This document shows positions 1-8,209 of a stretch of 48,520 bases of DNA, piece by piece. The stretch is from an uncultured Actinomycetes bacterium (GTDB lineage Bacteria > Actinomycetota > Thermoleophilia > UBA2241), in assembly GCA_963755025.1 (NCBI GenBank), contig CAVWIH010000009.1:1-48520 (forward strand). Reading direction: 5' to 3'. Below the pieces are notes generated by a model. It was given only the letters and a program-made list of their open reading frames with translations, had not been told where the DNA came from and ran no database searches. Within the stretch, counting starts at the first letter, position 1; each line of letters begins with the position of its first letter. A program made the position numbers and the translations under genes.

Positions 1-30
1 CGTTTCGGTGCAAGTATCTGGAGGTCCGGC

Positions 31-687
31 ATGAAGGCAACTCGGGCGAACTCTTCGAACGCGCTGCTCATGTTCGACTTCGACGGCGTGATCGCCGACT
101 CGCTCGACCATCAGTGTCGCGCCTACATCGAGACCTTGCGGGCCAGAGGCTACGACGAACTGGCCACAGCCGAGCAGTTTCTCACCTTCACCGAGGACAA
201 CTGGTTCGCCGCGCTTGATCGCGTCGGTCTGCCGGCGCGGGTGGTGGGGGACCTTGAGAACGCCTTCGCTGCCCTGCCCTGCCCCGAGCTCTTTCCCGGA
301 ATGGCTGCGGTGCTTGAGCGCCTCGCCACCACACACCCGGTCGTCGTGATCACCTCGGGTCGCACCGACACAGTCGAGCGGATCCTCGACGAGCACGGCG
401 TGCGCGGTATCAGTGAGGTGATCGGCGGTGACCAGGAGCCCTCCAAGATGCTCAAGATCGACGCCGTGCGCCACCGTCTCGGATGTGCGCTGCCCGGCTG
501 GTATGTGGGCGATACGGTCGGCGACATCGTGGAGGCGCGGGCGGCCGGCGCCGGCACGGTCGCCGTGGATTGGGGCTGGCATGCCCCCGAGCGTCTACGT
601 TGCGCCGCACCGGACCACGTGGCCCACACACCGGCCGATCTTCTCGAGCTCTTCCACTGTGAAGCGGTCCTTGACTGCACTCGCTGA
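31..687 (+). CDS. HAD-superfamily hydrolase (phosphoglycolate phosphatase-like)
   Basis: Motif I LMFDFDGVIADS, motif II VITS, motif IV YVGDTVGDI; GGAGG at 20-24 before the ATG. Confidence 0.88.
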   Translation: MKATRANSSNALLMFDFDGVIADSLDHQCRAYIETLRARGYDELATAEQFLTFTEDNWFAALDRVGLPARVVGDLENAFAALPCPELFPGMAAVLERLATTHPVVVITSGRTDTVERILDEHGVRGISEVIGGDQEPSKMLKIDAVRHRLGCALPGWYVGDTVGDIVEARAAGAGTVAVDWGWHAPERLRCAAPDHVAHTPADLLELFHCEAVLDCTR

Positions 688-1249
688 ACGCGACGAGGGG
701 GCCGGCGCGCCAGCCAGGGCTGGCGCAGACTCGCTGCCCGAGCGGGCCCTGACCACCATCGATATCGCCGCGCAGTTCGCCGCCAAAGCCAGGGCGCAGA
801 CCGCTGTTGAGCGAGAGAGGGAGCAGGGGGAGCGCGCGGAGCAAGACGTGCCAAGGCCAGGTCACCGCGGTGCCTCCCAGGACGACCTGGAGGCAGATCG
901 TAGATCGCCATTGTCCGGGTACTCTGTGCTCTCCGATGCGCAGCTTGCCGAGATCGGCGAGATGATCGCCGGGCTCGAGCGCCAGAGACAAGCCCTCTCT
1001 ACGAGTGTGGCCGCCTTCGTCGAGCGCCTCACACTGGCGGGCGCTGCCGAGCGACTGAACGGCGTCGATCCCGAGGCGATCGACCGCATCCTGGCGGATC
1101 TGCTCGGCCGCCTCGTCGCCATGCTGGCGCCCGACCTCGAAGCAGCCGCCCAGCGTCAAGGGCGACCGCTGGATGAGACTGAACAGGCCCTTCTGGGCGG
1201 CTCGCAGGAGTGGCGCGCGCTCGCCGAACTGCTTGGACGTCTGCGCTAG
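671..1249 (+). CDS. Hypothetical helical protein (about 192 aa)
   Basis: 3' part of ORF 428..1249; a TTG at 671 overlaps the HAD gene end; protein-like composition from TALAERDE onward; start uncertain. Confidence 0.6.
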   Translation: MTALAERDEGAGAPARAGADSLPERALTTIDIAAQFAAKARAQTAVEREREQGERAEQDVPRPGHRGASQDDLEADRRSPLSGYSVLSDAQLAEIGEMIAGLERQRQALSTSVAAFVERLTLAGAAERLNGVDPEAIDRILADLLGRLVAMLAPDLEAAAQRQGRPLDETEQALLGGSQEWRALAELLGRLR

Positions 1250-1378
1250 CCGGCGGTGCGTCGGACGAACGACCCGATCGCGACAGACGCCTTCACTGAC
1301 CGGCCACGGCGTCCACCTCTTAACGCCGTGCCTCACCCTTGTAACACGAACTTAAGAATCTGCGGCTATCTTTGCATC

Positions 1379-1448
1379 ACCCTCCCCCAAGGGCGACCCC
1401 AAGCCCTTAGCGAGCCCCGCTCCCCCCGGCGGGGCTCGTTCCTTTTGT
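1379..1448 (+). ncRNA. Candidate small RNA with C-rich single-stranded segments (6C RNA-like), ending in an intrinsic terminator
   Basis: TATCTT at 1367-1372; 5' CCCTCCCCC; hairpin AAGGGC-GACCCCAA-GCCCTT (1389-1408); hairpin CGAGCCCCGC-TCCCCCCG-GCGGGGCTCG (1411-1438); then TTCCTTTT. Confidence 0.5.
1411..1448 (+). terminator. Rho-independent terminator
   Basis: Perfect 10-bp GC stem followed by a T-rich tract. Confidence 0.7.
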
Positions 1449-1508
1449 GGGGAGGCACCAACTTTCGAGCCAAGTGCGTGCATCTCCGAAGTGACGTCGA
1501 TCGGGGCA

Positions 1509-1534
1509 CCTTGGTCACCATTTGGTCACCAAGG
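1509..1534. repeat. Tandem 10-bp direct repeat TTGGTCACCA within a near-palindrome
   Basis: CCTTGGTCACCATTTGGTCACCAAGG read directly; copies at 1511-1520 and 1522-1531. Confidence 0.75.
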
Positions 1535-1776
1535 AACTGTCGTCGCCTGTCAGTCGCCGCTAGCGCTTGGCAGCGCCGCCCGTCGATAGTAGCTGCACAC
1601 TAGCCAGTTTTCGGCGTCAGGCGCTAGCGCCCGTCAATGCCCGATAGGCGGCAGTTTCGGATTTGCACGGCGGGAGTCGCCACGCGTCGAATGTCGGCGG
1701 CGGTGCCTGTGGGATCGGCGCGCGTACACCCAAAGCGTAGGTCGCGACCGTCGAACCCTCAGGGGGCGCGATGGGC

Positions 1777-3081
1777 CTATTCGCCCGCTATGGCGTGCGC
1801 ACACTCCAGACAGTGCCCAAGTACGCTGTCACGTAGAGGCACCCACGCCCCACAACCGACACAACGAACCTGTGCTGGCGAGTTCGACGCCTCGCAAGTG
1901 CCAGCCGCGCGATCGCGCAACTTCGCGACGATTGTCTCCTTGAGCGCGGCTCGACGCTCAGAGATGAACCTCTCGCTTGCATCGAGGTCATCGAGCAGTT
2001 TCCCACCCATTTCCCGTTGCTGTGCCAATTGCGGCAGACGGTCGCGCAACTGCTCGGGCGTCCAGTGGCTGTCTCCCCGATCGACACGCAGTCGGGCCTC
2101 CTCTCCGGCTCCCGCATGGCCAGCTCTGGCCTTGGCGACGAGGGCTTCAATCTCGGCGTCCGCCTGGAAGCCCCGCTCCAGCCGCTCGGCCAGGTCATCG
2201 CCGAGCGCCTTGCGCACCGCCGCGACTTCAGCCTCTTGGGCTGCCCGCTCGCCAGCCAGCGCCCGCTCGGCCTGGTCGTTCATCGAGTGGACCTGCAGAA
2301 ACTGCTCGCGAACCCGGTCGTCGTACAGTAAGGCGAGCGAGTGCTGTGTCTTCAGGGGCTCACCCGAGTTCGTCGTGAACTCGACTTGATAGCCAGCAAG
2401 CGCGGCCTCGGCCTCGTGAAAATCCTCCTCGAAGCGCCGCGCGCCCTGTTCGCCACGGTAGGGCTTTGCCCACCCTGGATGCCTCATGACGTGGCCGCTT
2501 GCGAGCCAGCCCGCCACCCTATCGCGCCACGTCGCCGAAATGGATGCCTCCAGACACACGTAGCGCACAAGGGCGAGGCCCCGGTCGTGTTTGCCGGGTG
2601 AGTAATAGGTCTCGCGACGCCAGCCTTGTTCGCGGAGCTTCGGCAACTCGTCCTTAAGCATGCCGCTGACGGTCCTGTCGGCGAGTCGTTGATCGAATGA
2701 GAAGACGATGTGGTGGCGCTCGCGGTCCAAGGCGAAGCGGAACGGCGTCCATCTCGGCTCGTCGTAGGGCACCGCAAGCACCTCCGCACGACGGTCCCGG
2801 AGGTCGCGCCATAGCGTCCAGCGCGCGTCATGCCGGCCTCCGGTCGGCACCTCGGAAGGCTCTATCGGATGGACATCCTCGCCGGGCCAGAGACCGCAGT
2901 CTTTGAGGTCGCGCGACATTTGTACGAGACCCTCTACAACCTGTTCTGGACTCACCTCTCCCTCGGACAGCCGATGAATCTGTTGCGTAAAGCGTCTGAG
3001 GAGGAACGTCTGCACTTCGGGCGGCAATGGAGCCTCCAAGCGCCGCGCCGCCGCTTCCAACAAGTCATGCGCTGTAGCCAC
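1777..3081 (-). CDS. Hypothetical protein with C-terminal CxxC..CxxC zinc ribbon
   Basis: Long ORF 1777..3120; GTG at 3081 follows GGAG; ends CVGC-x13-CLEC; divergent from the XRE gene. Confidence 0.75.
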   Translation of the reverse strand: MATAHDLLEAAARRLEAPLPPEVQTFLLRRFTQQIHRLSEGEVSPEQVVEGLVQMSRDLKDCGLWPGEDVHPIEPSEVPTGGRHDARWTLWRDLRDRRAEVLAVPYDEPRWTPFRFALDRERHHIVFSFDQRLADRTVSGMLKDELPKLREQGWRRETYYSPGKHDRGLALVRYVCLEASISATWRDRVAGWLASGHVMRHPGWAKPYRGEQGARRFEEDFHEAEAALAGYQVEFTTNSGEPLKTQHSLALLYDDRVREQFLQVHSMNDQAERALAGERAAQEAEVAAVRKALGDDLAERLERGFQADAEIEALVAKARAGHAGAGEEARLRVDRGDSHWTPEQLRDRLPQLAQQREMGGKLLDDLDASERFISERRAALKETIVAKLRDRAAGTCEASNSPAQVRCVGCGAWVPLRDSVLGHCLECAHAIAGE

Positions 3082-3157
3082 CCTTGCTCCCAAATTCGAA
3101 GGCCAGCCCGAGTGCAGCAAACTTCATCACAGGTACAGGGAGGTCGCAAGGTCTTTC

Positions 3158-3174
3158 TCATGCCGTCGGCATGA
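3158..3174. promoter_or_regulatory. Perfect palindrome TCATGCCG-T-CGGCATGA, candidate operator
   Basis: 8-1-8 inverted repeat in the 122-bp gap between divergent genes. Confidence 0.55.
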
Positions 3175-3203
3175 ACCCTGCGGCCCTAGGCAGGAGGAGC
3201 ACG

Positions 3204-3461
3204 ATGAGAAGGCTACGAATCTTGCGGGAGGAAGCTCATCTTTCGCGCACGCAGCTGTCATACGTCGCACGTGTCTATGGCAGCCTGGTCGGCCAGATCG
3301 AGCTCGGCCGGCTTACCCCGCCGCCAGACAGCGTCGTTCTGAAGCGCATTGCCGCTGCCCTCGACTACAGCGGTGAACCCGGTGAGTTGCTGGACGACCT
3401 CGATCCGCATGAGCTGCTGGCTAGCGAGGCGCATCCAACTGCCGCCAAGGCGCGTCGGTAG
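3204..3461 (+). CDS. XRE/Cro-family helix-turn-helix protein (85 aa)
   Basis: LRILREEAHLSRTQLS...VGQIELGR...LKRIAAAL pattern; AGGAGG at 3192-3197. Confidence 0.85.
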   Translation: MRRLRILREEAHLSRTQLSYVARVYGSLVGQIELGRLTPPPDSVVLKRIAAALDYSGEPGELLDDLDPHELLASEAHPTAAKARR

Positions 3462-3479
3462 ACCAGACTTGTGCAGGCG

Positions 3480-3635
3480 ATGAGCGCACAGGGAGATAAG
3501 TCAGCTGCACTTGCTGAGCGGCTCGCTTTAGAGCGTGAATGGCACCCCGACAAGCAAGCCATGCTCGCCGCGCTTCGGGTAGTGCTGGGCCTTCCCCCTA
3601 GGCCGGTGAGGTTCGCCGAGGAGGCCAGCTCATGA
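3480..3635 (+). CDS. Small 51-aa protein translationally coupled to the recombinase (not in the ORF track)
   Basis: Hand translation [51 protein letters not shown]; its stop overlaps the recombinase start as ATGA at 3632-3635. Confidence 0.65.
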   Translation: MSAQGDKSAALAERLALEREWHPDKQAMLAALRVVLGLPPRPVRFAEEASS

Positions 3636-5234
3636 CTGCAACTCTTCTCGAGACGCTGCCCGCTTCTACCCGCGTTGCTACCTACGAGCGCGTGAGTTCA
3701 GACGAGCAGCGCGAGCGCAATACCATCGCCATGCAACGCTCTGCCCTGGACCGTGCGCTTGAGGTCCACGCCGATTGGAAACTCGTCGAACGCTACGTCG
3801 ATGACGGCGTCTCTGGCACCGTGCCGTTCAACGAACGACCGGGCGGAGGGCGTCTGATGCGTGATGCCGAACTTGGGCTGTTCGATGTCGTGCTCGTCTA
3901 TGACTTCAGCCGTATGGGGCGGCACGAGTACGACCCGCTCTACGTGCACTGCAGGCTTGCGTCGAACAACGTGGCTTTACGCTCAATCCACGAGGGTGAC
4001 GCCGACGGCCTCCTCTTCCCCATCTTGAACGCCATGGCCAACAACGAGCGCAAGACCTTCCTGCGCCGGTCGGCCGACGGCATGAACGAGGCTGCGAGAC
4101 AGGGCCGCTACTGCGGCGGCATCGTGGCCTACGGCTATCGCGTCGAGGGACACAAGAACACTTCGCATCTGGTCCCGGCTGAGGAAGTGCCGGCCGGCAG
4201 CTTGATGAGTGAGGCCGCTGTGGTGCGCCACATCTACCAGCGACTCGCAGCCGACGGTTGGAGCTGTCGGAGGGTCGCGGGACGAGTTGAACGATTTGGG
4301 CGTGCGCACCAAGTACGCCCTCGACGGTCGAGGCGTCAAGGGGCGCGGGACCCAGGGCCGCTGGGGCGCCGGGCGCATCCGCGCAATGGCGACCAACCCG
4401 GTCTATCGAGGCGAGCAGCTCTACGGGCGCCGAAGCGCCAAGCAACGCGAGGTGGTGAGTGCTCAGGCGCCGGCGCTGGTGTCCCCGGACGTGTGGCAGG
4501 CGGCCCAAGCGACGCTCAAGCGCAACTGCGCCGTTCCCAAGAACACGCGGCGCATCTATCCCCTCCGCGGTGTCTTGAAGTGTGCCATCTGTGGACGCAA
4601 CTTCTGTGGCACGAGTAGTCACGGTGAGAACTGGTACAGATGCGATGGCACCCTTCGTCGCTCCGACCTGGTCGGCGAGCGCTGCTGCGCCAAGCGCGTC
4701 AAAGGTGCCTACCTCGAGCCGGTCGTGTGGCGTGACATCGAACGCTTCCTGCGCGACCCGGGAGACGTCCTCCTCGAGCTTCAACAAGAGGCCGCTGGAA
4801 ACCCTGCTCGTGATCGCCTAATCGAAGATCGCACGCGCCTTGAGGCCGCCCTCGCTGAACGACGAGACGAGCGCGGGCGGTTACTCGACCTCTACCAGCA
4901 CGGAGACATTGCGCGGCCGGAGTTCGAGCAGCGCGCTGAGGAGCTTCGAACAGCAACAACCAAGGTCGAGGAGCGCTTGGCAGTGCTGGTCGGCGAAGAG
5001 GACGACCAGGAAAATGAGCATCTGGATCCGGACCTATTGGCGGAGCTTCGGCGCCGCCTGGACGAGGGCCTATCGCCCGAACAGCGTCAGGAGATCGTGC
5101 GCCTGCTTGTGCGCGACATCACCATACACACGGGTTCGGACTCCGCGCGATCACAACGCGCTGTCATCCGGTATCGGTTCGACGGTGCAGTTGCGACCTG
5201 CACGGACAGGGGTTCATGGCGGCCACCAGCATGA
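3632..5234 (+). CDS. Large serine recombinase (integrase), about 533 aa after correcting one extra G at about 4280
   Basis: Catalytic [21 protein letters not shown]; recombinase domain; zinc ribbon [11 protein letters not shown]...YRC...C; coiled coil; the two ORFs join as RRVA-DELNDLG; GAGGAGG RBS. Confidence 0.93.
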
Positions 5235-6258
5235 TGCGCGCCGGAAAGGTGAGCGACGAGAGCGCACGCGAGATGGTGACCTCGCCGTCTTCGAGCGGCT
5301 GGCGCAGGCCCTCGAGAGCGGAGAGGCGAAACTCGGGGAACTCGTCGAGGAACAGGACGCCGAGGTGCGCCAGGCTGACCTCGCCTGGGCGCGGCGTGGC
5401 GCCGCCGCCCACAAGGCCGACGGCCGAGATGGTGTGGTGCGGCGCCCGGAACGGGCGCCGCACCACGAGCGCCACGCCGGGCGGCAGCACGCCGGCCACG
5501 CTGTGCACGCGCGTGACGTCGATCGACTCGTCGACCGACAGCGGCGGCATGATCGAGGGCACGCGGCGCGCCAGCATGGTCTTGCCGGCGCCCGGCGGAC
5601 CGACCATGAGCAGGTTGTGCGCGCCGGCCACGGCCACTTCGAGGACGCGTTTGACGCGGCCCTGGCCGAGGACGTCGGAGAGGTCGGCGTCGGTGGCCTC
5701 GTCGCGGCTCAGCAGCGTGGCGGCGTCGGGCCCGGCGGCGGCAGGCGCGGGCGCGCCCGCCAGCAGCGCCGCGGCCTCGCGCAGCGTGGCCGCGGGCAGC
5801 ACCCGCAGGCCGGTGACCAGGGCCGCCTCGGCGGCGTTGGCGGCCGGCACCAGCAGCGCTCGCAGACCGCGTCGGCAGGCGCTCTGCGCTACGGCCAGCA
5901 CGCCGGCCACCGGGCGCACCGCGCCGTCGAGGCCGAGCTCGCCGATGGCCGCCGCGCCGTCGAGGGCGCAACGGCTCTGGCCGGTGGCGCAGAGCAGCGC
6001 CAGGGCGATCGGCAGGTCGAACGACGGGCCCTCTTTGCGCACGTCGGCGGGCGCCAGGTTGACGGTGATGCGCCGTGACGGGAACTCGTAGCGAGAGTTG
6101 ACGATGGCGGTGCGCACGCGCTCGCGACTCTCCTGCACGGCGGCGTCGGGCAGGCCCACGATGGTGAAGGCCGGGGCCGCCGGCACGACGTCGGCCTCGA
6201 CCGTGATGGCGTGGCTGTCGAGCCCCGTCAGGGCTTCGCTGGGCACCCGGGCGAGCAT
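5164..6258 (-). pseudogene. comM: ComM/YifB Mg-chelatase-like AAA+ ATPase, 5' fragment (about 353 codons) interrupted by the element
   Basis: [60 protein letters not shown]; C-terminal third missing; follows yraN. Confidence 0.93.
5180..5225. other. Hybrid attachment site (attL/attR) at the element-comM junction
   Basis: comM frame reads AAMNPCPC then non-homologous [11 protein letters not shown]; short inverted repeat GTGCAG..CTGCAC at 5185-5203; exact crossover not resolvable. Confidence 0.75.
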
Positions 6259-6263
6259 GGCCC

Positions 6264-6641
6264 TCAGACCCCGCCGTCGAACGCGGCGCGCAGGTGGCGC
6301 ACGCGCGGCGGCCGGCGCCGGGCGTCGATCGCGATGATGTCGAAGCGCACGTCGGAGACGCCGGCCAGGGCGTGCGGATGGCTGCCCAGCCAGAGCGCGG
6401 CGAGGCGCGCCACCTGGCGGCACTTGCGCGCCGTGACGGCGTCTTCGGGGGTGCCGCAGGTGCTCGTGCGGCGCGCCTTGACCTCGACGAAGGCCAGCAC
6501 GGGCCCGCGTCGCGCGATGATGTCGATCTCGCCGCGGCCCACGCGCTGGTTGACCGCGACGATGCGGTAGGCCTGCTCCTGAAGGTAGCGGACCGCGAGG
6601 CGCTCGGCCGCGCGGCCGAACTCGTGGGCGTCTGGCTGCAC
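6264..6641 (-). CDS. yraN: YraN/UPF0102 family nuclease-like protein
   Basis: [21 protein letters not shown]; GGAGG RBS; usual rnhB-yraN-comM order. Confidence 0.92.
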   Translation of the reverse strand: MQPDAHEFGRAAERLAVRYLQEQAYRIVAVNQRVGRGEIDIIARRGPVLAFVEVKARRTSTCGTPEDAVTARKCRQVARLAALWLGSHPHALAGVSDVRFDIIAIDARRRPPRVRHLRAAFDGGV

Positions 6642-6831
6642 GCGGGGCCTCCGTTTCTGGAGAGGAACGTGTCGTGACTCCCGGGATCGGGAGTGACGAC
6701 GACGCTATCGCGCGCGACGAAGGCGATGAAGGCAGGTGGCGCGAGAGAGGCGGTGACGTTGGCCTTACGTCTACCGTGGCGAGGGCCTGCGGCCCTCAAG
6801 TGTCGTGCGGCGGCGCGGGCGCGCCGTGCGC

Positions 6832-7530
6832 CTACAGCGTCAGGTCGAGCTGCTCGTAGGCGACGCTGGCGAACGAGAGGCGGTGCAGCGCGCTCACGCC
6901 GTGCTCGGCGATCGCCTGCCGGTGGTCGGGGCACGAGTAGCCCACGTGGCGGTCGAAGCCGTACTCGGGGTAGTGCTCGTGCAGGGCGATCATGAGGCGG
7001 TCGCGGGTGACCTTGGCGACGATCGAGGCGGCCGCCACGGCCGCGGAGCGGCCGTCGCCGCCGACCAGGGCCTCGTGCGCCACGACGCTGTCGCGCAGCG
7101 CGAAGCCGTCGACGAACACCGGCCCGGCGACCGGCCCGAGGAGCTCGAGGGCGCGGTCGAGGGCGTAGAGGTTGCAGCGGTGCAGCCCGCGCCCGTCGAT
7201 GGAGGCGGCCGAACAGCTCACCACCGCGAGCCTGTCGGCGCGCGCGACGACGCAGCCGAAGACCTCTTGGCGGCGCGCCCGTGTGAGCTTCTTGGAGTCG
7301 TTCAGGTCGGCGAGGGCGACGAAGTCGGCGTCGGTCCAGAGGGTGTAGTCGAAGGCCACGGCGGCCGCCACGATGGGGCCGGCAAGGCAGCCGCGCCCGG
7401 CTTCGTCGGCGCCGGCCACCGGCCCCCCGCCGCCGCGCTCGAGGTCGTGCGTGAGGCGCGGGTTGGTGGCGGCGTGTGCGGGTCGCTTGGCGGCCTTGGG
7501 GGAGGCTCGCTTGGCGACCGTGCGGCTCAC
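6832..7530 (-). CDS. rnhB: Ribonuclease HII
   Basis: AGADEAGRGCLAGP, LNDSKKL, AAASIVAKVTRD; GTG start overlaps lepB stop. Confidence 0.93.
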   Translation of the reverse strand: MSRTVAKRASPKAAKRPAHAATNPRLTHDLERGGGGPVAGADEAGRGCLAGPIVAAAVAFDYTLWTDADFVALADLNDSKKLTRARRQEVFGCVVARADRLAVVSCSAASIDGRGLHRCNLYALDRALELLGPVAGPVFVDGFALRDSVVAHEALVGGDGRSAAVAAASIVAKVTRDRLMIALHEHYPEYGFDRHVGYSCPDHRQAIAEHGVSALHRLSFASVAYEQLDLTL

Positions 7531-8138
7531 GGCACGCCGATGCGGTTGAGCGGCCAGTAGATCAGGAAGGCCTTGCCGATCAGGTCGCGCGCCGGCACGG
7601 GCCCCCAGACCCGACTGTCGTCGCTGTCGGTGCGGTTGTCGCCCATCATGAAGTAGGTGTGAGCGGGCACTGTATAAGGATGGTTCAGCGACCACGGGTC
7701 GCTCATGGTGGAGCCGTCGACCGGCGTCGCGGGCAGGGTCGGCGCGGTCTGGCCGTCGAACTTGACGACGTAGGGCTCGTGCAGCTCGACCCCGTTGCGG
7801 TACACGTGTCCGCCGCGCAGCGACAGCGTGTCGCCGGGCAGGCCGATGAGCCGCTTGATGAAGACCACGCGCGTGTCGAGCGGGTACTTGAAGACCACGA
7901 TGTCGCCGTGCGCCGGCGAGGTGAACCGGTACAGGAAGCGCGCCACCAGCACACGGTCGTGGGGGTCGAGGGTCGGCACCATCGACGACGACGGTATGCG
8001 GTAGGGCTTGACGACGAACGCCTGCAGCAAAAAGGCGACGGCCAGCGCGACGATGAGGATGACGCCGTACTCGACGAACATCCGGCGCGGCGACGAGCGC
8101 GCCTGCTGTTTGGCCGGGGTGACCTCGGTCTCGGTCAC
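7527..8138 (-). CDS. lepB: Signal peptidase I
   Basis: N-terminal TM, IPSSSMVPTL, FIKRLIGLPGD, MGDNRTDSDDSR. Confidence 0.95.
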   Translation of the reverse strand: MTETEVTPAKQQARSSPRRMFVEYGVILIVALAVAFLLQAFVVKPYRIPSSSMVPTLDPHDRVLVARFLYRFTSPAHGDIVVFKYPLDTRVVFIKRLIGLPGDTLSLRGGHVYRNGVELHEPYVVKFDGQTAPTLPATPVDGSTMSDPWSLNHPYTVPAHTYFMMGDNRTDSDDSRVWGPVPARDLIGKAFLIYWPLNRIGVP

Positions 8139-8209
8139 GACCGCGCCGGCCTAGTCCGTCACGAGACTGGCGTCGTTGACGCTCAGCCTGGTGTTGCTAC
8201 GTCGCACGG

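Larger units (their letters stand above)
1..5200. mobile_element. Integrative element (right-hand part) inserted in comM, encoding a large serine recombinase; left end lies outside the window
   Basis: comM homology stops abruptly after NPCPC at about 5200, directly against the 3' end of a serine recombinase; gene orientation switches; the region is visibly less GC-rich than the core genes; the comM 3' part and dprA are absent from the window. Confidence 0.88.

Noticed and set aside
1655-1720. Intact tRNA-Ala gene
   Set aside because: Only an anticodon-loop and variable-loop-like string; no acceptor stem, D-arm or paired T-arm.
1637-2389. 250-aa plus-strand ORF in the element
   Set aside because: Ser/Arg/Ala-rich shadow of the minus-strand gene; no RBS or motifs.
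4261-4290. Programmed frameshift or true inactivation of the recombinase
   Set aside because: One extra G in a GGG run with no slippery heptamer; the same kind of error occurs in essential genes across the window.
4840-6091. Long plus-strand ORFs opposite comM, and similar ones opposite smc, dxs and ffh
   Set aside because: Antisense shadows caused by high GC codon bias; no protein motifs.
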